64,000 bases of DNA. It comes from Balanoglossus misakiensis. Taxonomy: Eukaryota > Animalia > Hemichordata. Location of the stretch: the NCBI GenBank assembly GCA_040954595.2, contig CM082593.2, positions 6,415,479-6,479,478 of the forward strand, written 5' to 3'. Positions 23,701 to 34,722 of the stretch are shown here, in pieces (within the stretch, counting starts at the first letter, position 1; every line of letters begins with the position of its first letter). Position numbers and translations under genes: made by a program. The notes under the pieces were generated by a model, which did not search any database, was not told the origin of the DNA, and saw only the letters and a list, made by a program, of their open reading frames with translations.

Positions 23701-26119
23701 TTGTGATTTACTCCGCCAGAGTACTAATTCAGTGTTGGGTAGTATTATTCTAACATTTGCCCTCGGGAGTTTTGAAAAGTTTAGTTTCGCTAACTTGGGC
23801 GCGTGATATCATAATTAAATAGTGTCACCATCTCTCCGTGTCGTTTTATATCACCCCGGGTCTTTGTATGAGTGTTCTGGTCATATTATCTGTCAGAAAG
23901 ATATAGTAGTAAACTTCGTTTGTCGAATTTTGGCTCTATGGATGGGAAGATAGCGTAGAGCGCATGCGCAATTTGCTCCGTCGTTTACCACTGCATAATA
24001 TCCACTGCGTAGATGGGTTTAATGAGTCATGTAATGCGCGGCTTTGCGAGCGGATATTGTAACACATTAAAGTCCCAGCATTGAGGGTAATACGGTAGCA
24101 ACTGGGCTGGGGAGGTTTTAGAAGTATTTCAGATTTACAGAGCTCTCGAACGACCGCGGTGCGGGAGGAAGGCGATCAAAGAAAAGCGGGTCAGAGGCCG
24201 GTTGGCCACAGTGCGATGATAACTGCATCTCTCTACGCGCGCATGTGCAGGACTAGTATAGGACAACCGGGGCGAATTGATAAAAATGACCGTGTTGTGG
24301 GGTATGAAAATTCAGAGCAATGTCTCGTGGGATTCAGTCTGTTGGTGACAGAATATAGCATTGCTCTACGGTAACTTATTTCCCTTAGTAGTAGAAAGTT
24401 TTAAAATTAGTTAACACATTTTCACAGGATTAAAACGCGTCTTCTGTTAAGCTTAGTGGAGGAGGACTCCAGGGGCTGAAGGGTGGCGATTCTGCACTAG
24501 TATTCCATCCGTCGGCAAACAACAAAAACACTTCAGAGAAAAAGTGCGGTATAAATGATTAATACATTGTAAAACGACAGACAAATTTGTTCATATATAA
24601 GTAGATTTTAACATCGAAAGTCGATCAGTTTACAGCGATTTCACCATCTAATTACACTAAAAATACAATATATTCATGTTGGTCATACAAGAACAACGAA
24701 GAATTCTTTGAACGCTGATGTCAATTTCCATGGATATCGCATGTATTTGTATCGTTTGCGTGACGTACGAGGAGATTGATTAATAAAATTTGTGGTTGAA
24801 AGCGATCCACGACAAAAACAGAATTATTTTGACAATTGCAGATTATATTGGCAGGAACTTTCCTATTACAAGCTAGTTTTGGGACATTATATTACGGTGT
24901 GGGCAAAACCGCGCTTATTATTTACTAGCTGACCAGGGGCTGGTAACTTAGTTAAAAATATGCACGAATGTGAGCACGTGCCCCCTGACGTCGTTAATAT
25001 CCAAATTAGTTAGGTCAAAGGTCAAAATACTACGGCCTTTCAGTACGTGACCTCAAAACCGAACGTGGTTCATATCCATTTATTAAGAGTGGGAGGAAAG
25101 GTAAGCCGTGAAGGTTTGTGTTTTCGAATATGGTCGATATCTCTGTAGATTTCAGCAAACACCTTCCACCCCTGAAAACAATCGTCGTGTCTTCAGACAG
25201 ACTCTTTTGAGCGCGACGCCCACCCACAAGAACGATGCGCCATCGGTCACGTTGAGTGGACGTTCTCTGTTAACGGGTCAAAGTTAACTGCTTCACGTGG
25301 CCTGCGAAGAAAGCCTTAGGTATTTTTGTGTACAATACAAAATCCCAGTGAACGAAATCAGTGGATCTTTAGCGTTCGTTCGAGTTACTGTGGTTACAAG
25401 AGGCACACCCAGGCCGGCGTATACTTTGTGTGGTGGGCGTGTTCTGCTATGGCCGAGTTAGAGGTGGCATATAGCCATAGCTGGACAGGGGGCGTACACA
25501 CTATCGTGCATTTTTCCAACTGTATAGTTACAAGCCCCTGGTCGGACGTTCAGAGCGAAGTGTTCTGCTCAATAAAGACCCACACAACTGGCCACTAGAT
25601 ACGGGTGCCCCATCTATATGCATCATCATTTTGTGTGTGATATTTAATAGTGTCTGACTAATTTGAGCTAACAAATTCCAAGTTTGGGCAATTTTTCGAC
25701 GTCACAACTAATAATTCCGAATACATTTCTTTTCTTTTCTTTAAAAGGTTTGTCCGACTGCAGTTGCGGAGGCCGGCCCTACAAGCATAAGTCTTTTCTC
25801 CTTCAAGCATGGAATTTCAACGGACGAAGTTTGAACTGGCGACCCTGGGACTACACTTCAGGTAAACTTTAATGAAGCATTCGTTGTATCATAGTGATAA
25901 GACTTGGCTGATATGGTAGCCGGGTTGGCTTGACGTGTCATCCACGTGACTTCAACACTTGGTTCAATAATGTGTACAAGACAACACGAACGCAAAGCTC
26001 GGGTGTAATATTCGTGATGTCACATTTTAATATATTTATCAATTAATCAAGTAACAGAGACGTTGCGAAATAATTGGGATCTAAAGCTAATATCCATAAA
26101 GTTGATCAAATAATGTTCA

Positions 26120-26514
26120 CTATACTGCAGCCATGTCTGCCTCAAATCTTGCTTCACCGGGTTGTCCATTGGTCGCAGTGTGTTGCTTTGCGCGCATACG
26201 TAAACTGTCAATGCTGCTGATTTGCATGGAATTCGAGGCGGGCGGCGAAAGCGGCAGTGACGGTGATTGGCTGGCTGGGTGATTCCATCCAGGTTGCAGG
26301 GCCAAAGGTGGTAGTATTCCCTGGGGGAACTGCAGGTGTAGCGGCCCTGGCCCTGGAACGTGTAACGAGTGTCTGAACAGTGACATGTAGGCTGGGTGTC
26401 CGGCGCACGCGATTGGCAGATGAGTCGAATACGGAAGGATGTTAAAATGTGGTGACGTCATTGGAGTTGTGTCGGCCGGTCGGAACGAACGAGGAGGTGA
26501 TCGCGATGTTCGAA
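26120..26514 (-). CDS. DMBX1: Dmbx-A terminal exon (OAR domain)
   Basis: tttttactgcag|TT CGA...; [11 protein letters not shown]...[13 protein letters not shown]...DMAAV*. Confidence 0.9.
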
Positions 26515-29018
26515 CTGCAGTAAAAAGGAGAATGGAATACATTATTATAATTGCGGCTGTAACCTGGATCTTAAAACACAGGAACTTGTTGAAAATCCTT
26601 GAGTCAAAACTAAGCTTTCATTTCATTTCTTCTGACGGATTCTTGTGATTTTCCGAAACATTTTTGCCGCATACCTTTCGTACAGGATAATGTTTACTAC
26701 TCACCCTTGATTTCTTGAAGTTCCTCGACGGGCTTATTCGTCTTTTGGTTTACTTCGCCGACGCCATTTTCTTCCTCTTCTCTGATGCGTGCGGCGTTGT
26801 TCTTACTATCCTGTTTTGGCATCGTTGTCACATCAATGAGTTGATCATTGGTATCAACAGCTACTGCCGAGTCACCACATTTATTTTCGTCACCAAGGCA
26901 ACGTCTGCAGTTGTCGCCCTTTTCTTCGGTCTCCGCGTCGCTTCCATCTGAACGACGTCCGCCATTGCATCCCGGTGAAGTCTCTCTTGTTGTCTGCCCG
27001 AGTTCTTTCCCGTCATTCTCCGCGTCTTCGGACGTTTCAGTCACGGCCCCGGATGTTGTCGGTCGAGAGACACCGCTCTCCGCTTTTCCGTTTCCTTCCT
27101 TGACCTTGACGCGTTGCTGCTTGCGAAACTTGGCCCTCCGATTTTTGAACCAGACCTGCGAGGATTAGCATGGTGAAATACATATAGTATCAACGTGTAT
27201 AGTAGCAAACCTGATTTCTTAGACCTGGCTAGAAAACATCCCCATACATAAGTTTTGATCCGTGTATTCTGATTGTGACTGTATATTCTTGGTATTCAGA
27301 AATTTGACGTTAAACAGGGGCCTGTGTTACGATTGTACTACGAATGCATAGAATTTAAATATCAGTGGTGGATGAACAATAAGGGTGTACGTCATTAACA
27401 TAGCGTTAGCTGTAGTAGCCGTACACCTGGGTATTTTGAATATTACGTAAGGGTTTTTTGATTTTTGACTCTCGGCAACGGCAGTCAAGGGGCGTGAGCC
27501 GAACAGAAAACAGACAAGTAGGACTCGGCCATGAGCGACGGGACTGGTATCTTGTAATCCACGTGGGAGCTCGGTGTTGAAGTTCAGCACGTCATTGTTG
27601 TTGCTGTCTGGGTGTTTGTGTTGCGAGTTTTTGGTTCGTAACACCTGTGATAATTGTCCAAAATATTACATCATTACCTGGACTCTTGCCTCCGGCAGAT
27701 TGGTACACATGGCGAGTCGTTCCCTCATCACGACATCCGGGTAGTGCGTCTTCGCAAATGTCTTCTCCAAAGTTGCCAGTTGCTGATTGGTGAATGCTGT
27801 GCGACTGCGCCGTTGCTTCCGATGGTGCCCACCATAACGAGCTTCCAGAATGATATCTGGCGATGAGAACACACAATCGATCAATTAAAACACCCTCACA
27901 CGAGACTCATTATGATTTAACAGACAAGTCGATTTCCTCGACTGGTCTTAAAGTCGAAATTGGCCGAAACTGCTCGCCGGTTTATAGTGATAATCATACA
28001 GGCAACGCATGTGTCAGTTGATGCGAGTGCTTTGCTGTCCCGCGGCACTTATTCAGTCAAGAATAAATTCAATTATGAACAAATTAACAACTCGCAGAGT
28101 GCTCTGATTGTGCGTCTAGGACATTTTGTCTCATCTTTCAACTAAATTAATGTCTTTCTTGTTCAAACGTTAGTGTCGTCGGTTATATTATTACCAAACA
28201 TCAATTACTTTCAGAATGGAGATTTTCAGACGCGAAAACGCTGAATGAGCAGGGCTTGGTGGTCGAATGTTTCTATAAAGAAAACGGAAGAACTCAAAGA
28301 TATCACATTATGTTGCTTTGTCGACTGAAAGCCCCTACCGTTGAAATTGTGAAAGCTGGCGTTTTGCACAGACTTTCCATAAGTCGCTTAATATCCGGTT
28401 AACCGGTTAGGAAAACAGAACGGTAAACAATAGGGGAACGGGCCGGGGGAAGGGTTAATTTAGTCCGGTGTGAGAGTTACAGAACACAATGGATTTGACA
28501 TGTTTCGTTCGCTAAGAGTACACTATACCGTTCATTGACAGAGGGATGTAGCAATTACCTAAAGCAAACAAGGTGTGTGGAACACATTAATTGACCGTGC
28601 TAAGATTGACGTCTAGTTATTGTGCCAAGGTGATGAATGAATTTATGTTTTCTCGTCCTTTGAACCCATTCTTGAAGTTGAGAACAACAAAACCAGACAA
28701 AAAGGGTCTTGATTCAATTAACAGGAAACTGGAAAGGCAAACAAAGTTAAGATACTAGGGGAGTGGTATAATCCCGAATCCCGAGTGGTATAATCCCGTG
28801 AAACGTAAAGCAGACCTTTTAACTTAGTTGAATTCAGATATTTCCTTTTAGAGAGACAGTCATTCATCTATTCATTCATTCAGGTAGTAATAATAAAGAG
28901 TAATAAATTTAAATTGAATTTCATTCATTCATTCATTCATTCATTCATTCATTCATTCATTCATTCATTCATTCATTCATTCATTCATTCATTCATTCAT
29001 TCATTCATTCAGACAGGC

Positions 29019-29055
<37 letters not shown>

Positions 29056-29316
29056 CTGAGATAGACACTGAGACAGATTGACAGGCGAGCAGGCAGGCAG
29101 ACCGACAGAGAGAGAGAGAGAGAGAGAGTTATTTTTTAAACAGAACGCCGTAAATTACTCTCTGACGGACTTACCTGCCAGACGTTCTGCCAGCGTCAAG
29201 GCCTGCCCTGAAGGACGAAACTCTGCTGAATTGCGGGCCTGTTGATGTACGTACATGGCTCCCATCGAACCAAGAGTGTGAATGTCGTACCCGCCGTACG
29301 CACCGAACTGCTGCAT
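26120..29316 (-). CDS. DMBX1: Dmbx (diencephalon/mesencephalon homeobox) paralog A, K50 paired-class homeodomain plus OAR, 388 aa: complement(join(26120-26514,26705-27155,27678-27856,29175-29316))
   Basis: Dmbx signature [18 protein letters not shown] followed by homeodomain [46 protein letters not shown]|[12 protein letters not shown] (K50, canonical PRD-class intron at Q|V); C-terminal [16 protein letters not shown]. All introns are GT-AG and in phase (1167 nt). Confidence 0.93.
26705..27155 (-). CDS. DMBX1: Dmbx-A coding exon 3 (helix 3 plus acidic linker)
   Basis: cgcag|GTC TGG TTC AAA AAT CGG...ATC AAG G|gtgagt. Confidence 0.92.
27325..27643. mobile_element. Probable solo LTR (319 bp, TG...CA, 4-bp TSD CCTG; Gypsy-like) in Dmbx-A intron 2
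   Basis: CCTG|TGTTACGA ... TCGTAACA|CCTG. The homologous intron of paralog B has the empty site (gtctgtgataattt, about 43431-43444). Confidence 0.75.
27678..27856 (-). CDS. DMBX1: Dmbx-A coding exon 2 (homeobox helices 1-2)
   Basis: ccag|AT ATC ATT CTG GAA...GTC CAG|gtaatg. Confidence 0.96.
28920..29128. repeat. Compound (TTCA)n-(GACA)n-(GA)n microsatellite in Dmbx-A intron 1
   Basis: Direct reading. Confidence 0.95.
29175..29316 (-). CDS. DMBX1: Dmbx-A coding exon 1
   Basis: [47 protein letters not shown], donor G|gtaagt. An acceptor just upstream of the ATG implies a non-coding exon further 5'. Confidence 0.9.
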
Positions 29317-29570
29317 ACCTGCATTGATATTTTAGAAATGGAATAATAGATTATAGTGTATGTCACATCACATTACACCACACAACACAACACCACTTCA
29401 CCAACTTTTGTTAAAAATTCACAGCAATTTTCTTTACCACAGGAAAATGGTTTGACTAGTAAGAGTTTTCTTTAAAACCATCTCTCTTTTCCACTTCTAA
29501 AATTAATTTTCAACCTGCGATCCTAGCCAATCCCGCTATCAAGTGTACCTTTGCTTCTGTTATTTTGAAG

Positions 29571-29616
29571 CTCTTATAAAACAGTATTTTTTTCTCGGAA
29601 TATTTTCTTTTTCCAC
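29571..29616 (-). promoter_or_regulatory. Dmbx-A proximal conserved element / TATA-like core promoter candidate (paralogous to 45344-45387)
   Basis: ctcttataaaacagtattttt is shared exactly with 45344-45364. Confidence 0.55.
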
Positions 29617-29693
29617 TTTTTTCTGGATATTTGATTATGCATAAGCGCACAGCGTTAATTGCCATAGTGTTCCTCCCCGGGCAGCTTTGTGCC

Positions 29694-29704
29694 TAATCGG
29701 ATTA
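29694..29704. promoter_or_regulatory. Palindromic K50 paired-class homeodomain dimer site TAATCCGATTA (minus strand)
   Basis: The + strand reads TAATCGGATTA, which matches the P3-type K50 (Otx/Dmbx/Gsc) consensus TAATCYGATTA on the minus strand. Confidence 0.55.
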
Positions 29705-30419
29705 CCACAATGACAGGTGTTGGGCGCATCTATGGAAATGTACATTAAAAGGGAGCGCGCAAATTGCTCTTTTCCGCGTCCGAGTCACAAGAGAAACTTA
29801 TCACATTACACTCCGTGTTAGTTTAAGAGTAATTCAGCGTTTGCTCTTTTTAAAAGTGTTTTCTCTGCTGTAGACAGAGTTTGCGGTGATAATTTGGTTT
29901 GCGGAGTAAATTCTTCTTTCAAACGAATCACGACAAAAAACAGACATGGCCACCCAGTGTGAATATGTACCACTCTCTTATTGATTTAATTGTCTTGAGA
30001 CCAGTGGTGATTTTTCCTCGTCTTTTGTTGCCTGTACAAAAACACCTCGAAAGTTCACAAGAATCTCAATAGCCAATCGGAGATGTCAGTCATATTAGTA
30101 TCACTGTTGATAGGAATACTCATTCTCGACGATCGATGGTTCGGCGGTTTGATGTCAAAATAAAATTTCTCCAACCATTTTTGCAAGAATGTTGACGATC
30201 TGAAAAGACTGTACCTAGTTTGATATTTTAGCACCGTTTGTTGGTGAACATAATCATAGAATGATATTGTTTTTCTCTCTCAGGTTTTCAGGGAATGAAA
30301 CATCGTCCGTTCGCATGGGTCTGTCGTTGGCTAGACCACAGCCTCCCTAATTTTCGGAGAGCAGGGCCTTGGCCGGCGAAGATGGGAACGAAAATCTCCG
30401 TCAACTTCTCCGGGGCCGT

Positions 30420-30740
30420 TTCTTAATCCCGCGGCGGCAGAAACACATCGACGCATTTGCTACACATCCGCAAAATCCGATATACTCCACAAAGCGCTGA
30501 CTTCGCCTTAAAATAACGATAAAACACGCCGCATTGTGTCGTGTTATTGATGCAACCCTAAAAAGAGAGAGAGCGAAGGAAAAGGAGTTCGATCCACCGG
30601 GACAAAAGAAAAGTTGGAACCACATAGCCTGACGTAATTAGGAAGGCGATTGCTGGAAGCCTGATCGATGGTAAGTGACTGGGGGTTGCCGAAATGAAGC
30701 AATTATAATTGGCCTTATACAGATTTATATCTGATTTGGC
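30420..30740. promoter_or_regulatory. Conserved non-coding block ~1.4 kb upstream of Dmbx-A (paralogous to ~45875-46150)
   Basis: Core caattataattggc(c/g)tta(t/c)acagatttatat is 29/31 identical between 30700-30730 and 46113-46143; atcg.cgcatttgc is also shared. Confidence 0.7.
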
Positions 30741-31941
30741 GTTCTTTGTGCGCCGTGTTCATACCATAATACGTTCCATATCCCCGATACTGACACGATT
30801 TAAAAGGGCAACGGGAGGAAACACAAAGCATTTTTTGTGCGCGTAGCGTGGCAGTAATCGATAAGAAAAACTTCACTATACTGCGCTGTGTGTTTGGTGA
30901 CACTGCATCCACAAAACAGAGGCCCAGCGATCGATTAAAATACCTTTTCTATTAGATCACAGAAGAAAAATCACTCAGTCTTAAAAGTTTAATAGGATAT
31001 TGCTTTATTTCATTTTAGCTCACTCGCAGAACTGAAAGAAAGTAATCGCTGAAATTGACAATCGAAGAATTTTGTCGCCGTGTTTTTTCGTACCCAGAGC
31101 GACGCGTCCAGAATCTAGGTAAGCGTCAGTGCGTGACACTGTAAAAGGAAAGAAAAATCTTGGGCAAAGAAGCATTTTCTTGATTGTTTTGAGGGATGAT
31201 CGATTAATATTAAGTTAAAGTTTCGCGATGTAGACTTTGAGTGTGTGAATTTGTCCAAAAATACAATAATTCGATCATTTCGTGGACATCAATTGAAGTA
31301 ATGTAGACGCGTTGCGTATGTGCACTTCCAGTGTTGACGGTGATTTTTGAAAAATTCGTTCACGCCTGTCGCCTGGTAACTGTCTTTGTGCGCGCATTCA
31401 AGGAAAAAAATCTAACTCTTCCTAGAATATCAATATTCGGCATAACATAACGATGAATCGAGAGATGTCAGTTGACCTCCCAGACGAGAACATCAAATAG
31501 CACGCGATTGGTTATTAAGGCCGTTTTGCTGGCCAAACCCTTTTCAACCACGGTACATTCGGAGAAGGTTTAGGCCCACTGCAACTTTTGTTTTTAAACA
31601 CCGAACTCGCGAGTCTACCGTTCCTCAATTCTCACTTCTCGTTAATATTTTGCGTTTGGTTAGACCTTGTATTTCAAAATTTGTTCCCGTGAAATATTGT
31701 AGTTTATACAATCAAACCAGTAACACCGGTTTTCATGAGGTACACAGGCGTACGTGGAAGTTGGACTACAGGTTATTGTATCCATCATCGGTAATCAAAG
31801 GACGGTCCACCGCGGTTGTTCGAGTTTTGCAAACGTTTGTTTTTGCGATACACGTGAGAAAAATAAAGAAAGTTTCGTAACAGGGCAAACGTGAAAGTGA
31901 AGAGTATACACCGATAGAACAGTGTGCTGTATAAGTCATGC

Positions 31942-32028
31942 TAATGGCTGACTAAAGCCCCCGGATTAACCGTCAATGTAAGGGTAATATTGGTAGATGT
32001 TTCTAGCGATTTTCACGTTCGATGTGTA
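31942..32028. promoter_or_regulatory. Conserved non-coding block ~2.7 kb upstream of Dmbx-A (paralogous to 47605-47692)
   Basis: taatgg...ggattaacc.tcaa.gtaagg...tattg...gatgtgta is present in both copies. Confidence 0.65.
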
Positions 32029-34284
32029 CATAGTATGTGTGTCCGCCAAACTCGTCTCAATGGCGGAGCCAAACAAACTGGCGTGGTTATGTACTTCTGT
32101 CGATCTAGTACGATGCATTAACGCTAAAAATATGTACACAAGGCACCTTTAGGAAGATGAGCTGACAGAAATCCCCCGTCGTTTTAATAAGCTGTCTTTC
32201 AACTAATTTTCAACAAGGATTCTTGCGTGTTGAGCGATATATTCGCGCCCGTCAAAATCTGACGTTTGAGGGAAACAGGGCGATTCGATCGAAGGAGGGT
32301 CGATAAAAATAGCAGCTACTGTTTATCTCCTCCCTTTCAACTTTTCAAAAAAATGTGACAGACAAGGCAAAAGTTGTATACATGTACTCTGATACGAGTA
32401 CAACACCAGTAACGCTTTGTTGGTAATAAAAAAAGGCATTCTGATAATAATCGTGTCCCATCGGACACTTGGGACCGAGTGAAATGTATTCATCAGCGGG
32501 GAAAGAATTACAGTCACCCCGTTGCAGGCCATTGTACCGCGCGCGGAAATGACAACACGGACAAAAATAATTTGACTGCCATTCTGATGAAGAATTTCAA
32601 GTTCGACGGAAAGCGAAATGCCCAACTTTTTTAATGCACGGCTGAAGGTGACCGAACTCCCGGCATGCACGATCGAGCTGAGAGTACAGCATGGCATTTC
32701 GCAAAAGATAAATTCTGTTTCTTCGAATCCATCGCCTTCGTCAAACGGTGCGGTTTGGAACATCAAGTTAATTAATACATCGATTGATCAAGTAATTAAT
32801 TACTTAATTAACAAAACTATTAATGGGATCATGTACTGTCTAGTGCAGGCTAAAGATATGATATTTTGAGAAGCTATATTACCTGTTGATAATAATGCGG
32901 AATAGTCCGACTTTCCCAGTGGCATAGGGACGCGAGTTTCCATGGCACAAACGCACGGCTGTCTTCAGGTCGAAGCAGCTTTACGCGGTAAAGCCCGTCT
33001 GATTAATGTTTAGTTTTCTAAAATATCAATATGTCCATTGGGCCCCTTAACTTAGTTCAATTTTTCACTGCCTCCTCTAATTGAGAAGTTCGGGGGACGG
33101 GCCTATCACCAGTTCGAAGTTGATAACACGTGAAATTGTACTTGTTTCTGCTTTGGTAATTTAATCGGGTATACCATGAGATGCGTATTCAGATATTATA
33201 AGCAACTATGATTTATTATCGTTATAACATATTTATATTCTTAGATGGGTTGACATTTGATTCTGAGAAAATAAATATCTTTGTTTCAATTGTGTAAATC
33301 GGCCAAAAATCAGGAATCAGACGCACGTCTAACAAAAGGTATCTTTTCATCGATATTTCACAGGATAAACATGGTGTGTACATTTCGCTTCGTCGATATC
33401 GCTCAATACAGAATGGGTTGAAAAGATTTGTATTGACCTGGCTGCAAGCTCGATGCAGACGCTGGATACGAGATCGAAGATAGGTTTTCGTCGGCATAAA
33501 AGCACACGCGATGGGTCTCCGTATATCGGTATGTGGGTAAGCATTTACTTTTTCATTGGTTTGGTGACTGTGTGCGCGTGTGTCTGATACAACTGATTAA
33601 ATGAATATGAAGTGATAACATGTCAGTGATAGGCGAAAATAATTGTGCGTTTATTACCAGTTAATAGGAAAAAAATAACATTTAAGTATCGGTCATATTC
33701 TGGGCAAACGATTCCCATTCGTTGATTCAGCAGGCGTTGTTACAGAGCATGCCCGCACAACTTCCGCGTGTCACGTGACTGCGAACAAAGGCAGACGATT
33801 GGGTTTCATCCGCTGGAATGGGATTTTAAGTGCAATCCAACCGTATCCAACGAACAGCCCTGTTTAGTCAACCCCAACATAACTTTTCAACACGTCCGCC
33901 TACCACACACCTTGAGATCGCGCGCGCGCGCGTGGAACGGCGCATCATGCGCGACCAAAATCCCAAACAAAGTCCCTCGGTCACTCCCCGAGATCAGGTG
34001 ACGCGGAACAAATGTGAAAGAAATAGACAGTTTAATTAAAGGCAAATAACATCTAGATGACATCAACAAAAAACGACTTCCATAAATTTAATAAGCTTTC
34101 CCACCGCTGATATACACCGAACATTTGTACTGCTGTCGTTGAACATTTTTTTTCCATCGACCATATTCGTTCGTTTAGGTTGTCTCGGATGGTCGTAAGT
34201 CAGTCAGCTTTAATTTACTGTAAGCGATATTGTAACTCGGTTGTGGGATCAGAAAGGAGGGCTGGAACGAAGAAAGGGCGTATT

Positions 34285-34722
34285 TTAGTTGGATCAATTA
34301 GGTAAAGCCACACGCAGACTTCACAAAGCGACTAAGACTCCCCTTTTGCTTGTGTGACATTGAAAGAATTTCTTCTTCCTAAATGGGCTTTATTGTCGTT
34401 GACAGTAAGCGGAGTGTTTTCACTGGTACCCTGTCCCCCTGGACATGCCCCCATTCTCTCCGAACCGAAGCCTTTTTTGCATTTGAGGAGCGTTCAGTAG
34501 GGTGGTTAAGGCGATAACATGTTGTCTTAATTCGCGGCAATTATCGATGCCGTTGTAAAGCCGTGGCCGGGGTGATTAGCCGCGTTGTGAAAGCGACCCT
34601 ACCCATCGTCCTTCTCTGCCTGGCAGTGAATCGTGAAATTGAGAGTCCCGCCCGCGATTACAAGCGTAACAAGCTGGTGACAAAGCCGTTGTTTGGCGCT
34701 GTTAAATCAGACATCATGTACA
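34285..34722. promoter_or_regulatory. Conserved non-coding block ~5.2 kb upstream of Dmbx-A (paralogous to ~50452-50880)
   Basis: Colinear shared words tcaatta.gtaaa, cattgaaa..atttc, atgtt.tcttaattcgcgg, gattag.cgcgtt, cgtgaaat.ga, aacaag...acaaag and atgtaca, with matching spacing. Confidence 0.7.
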
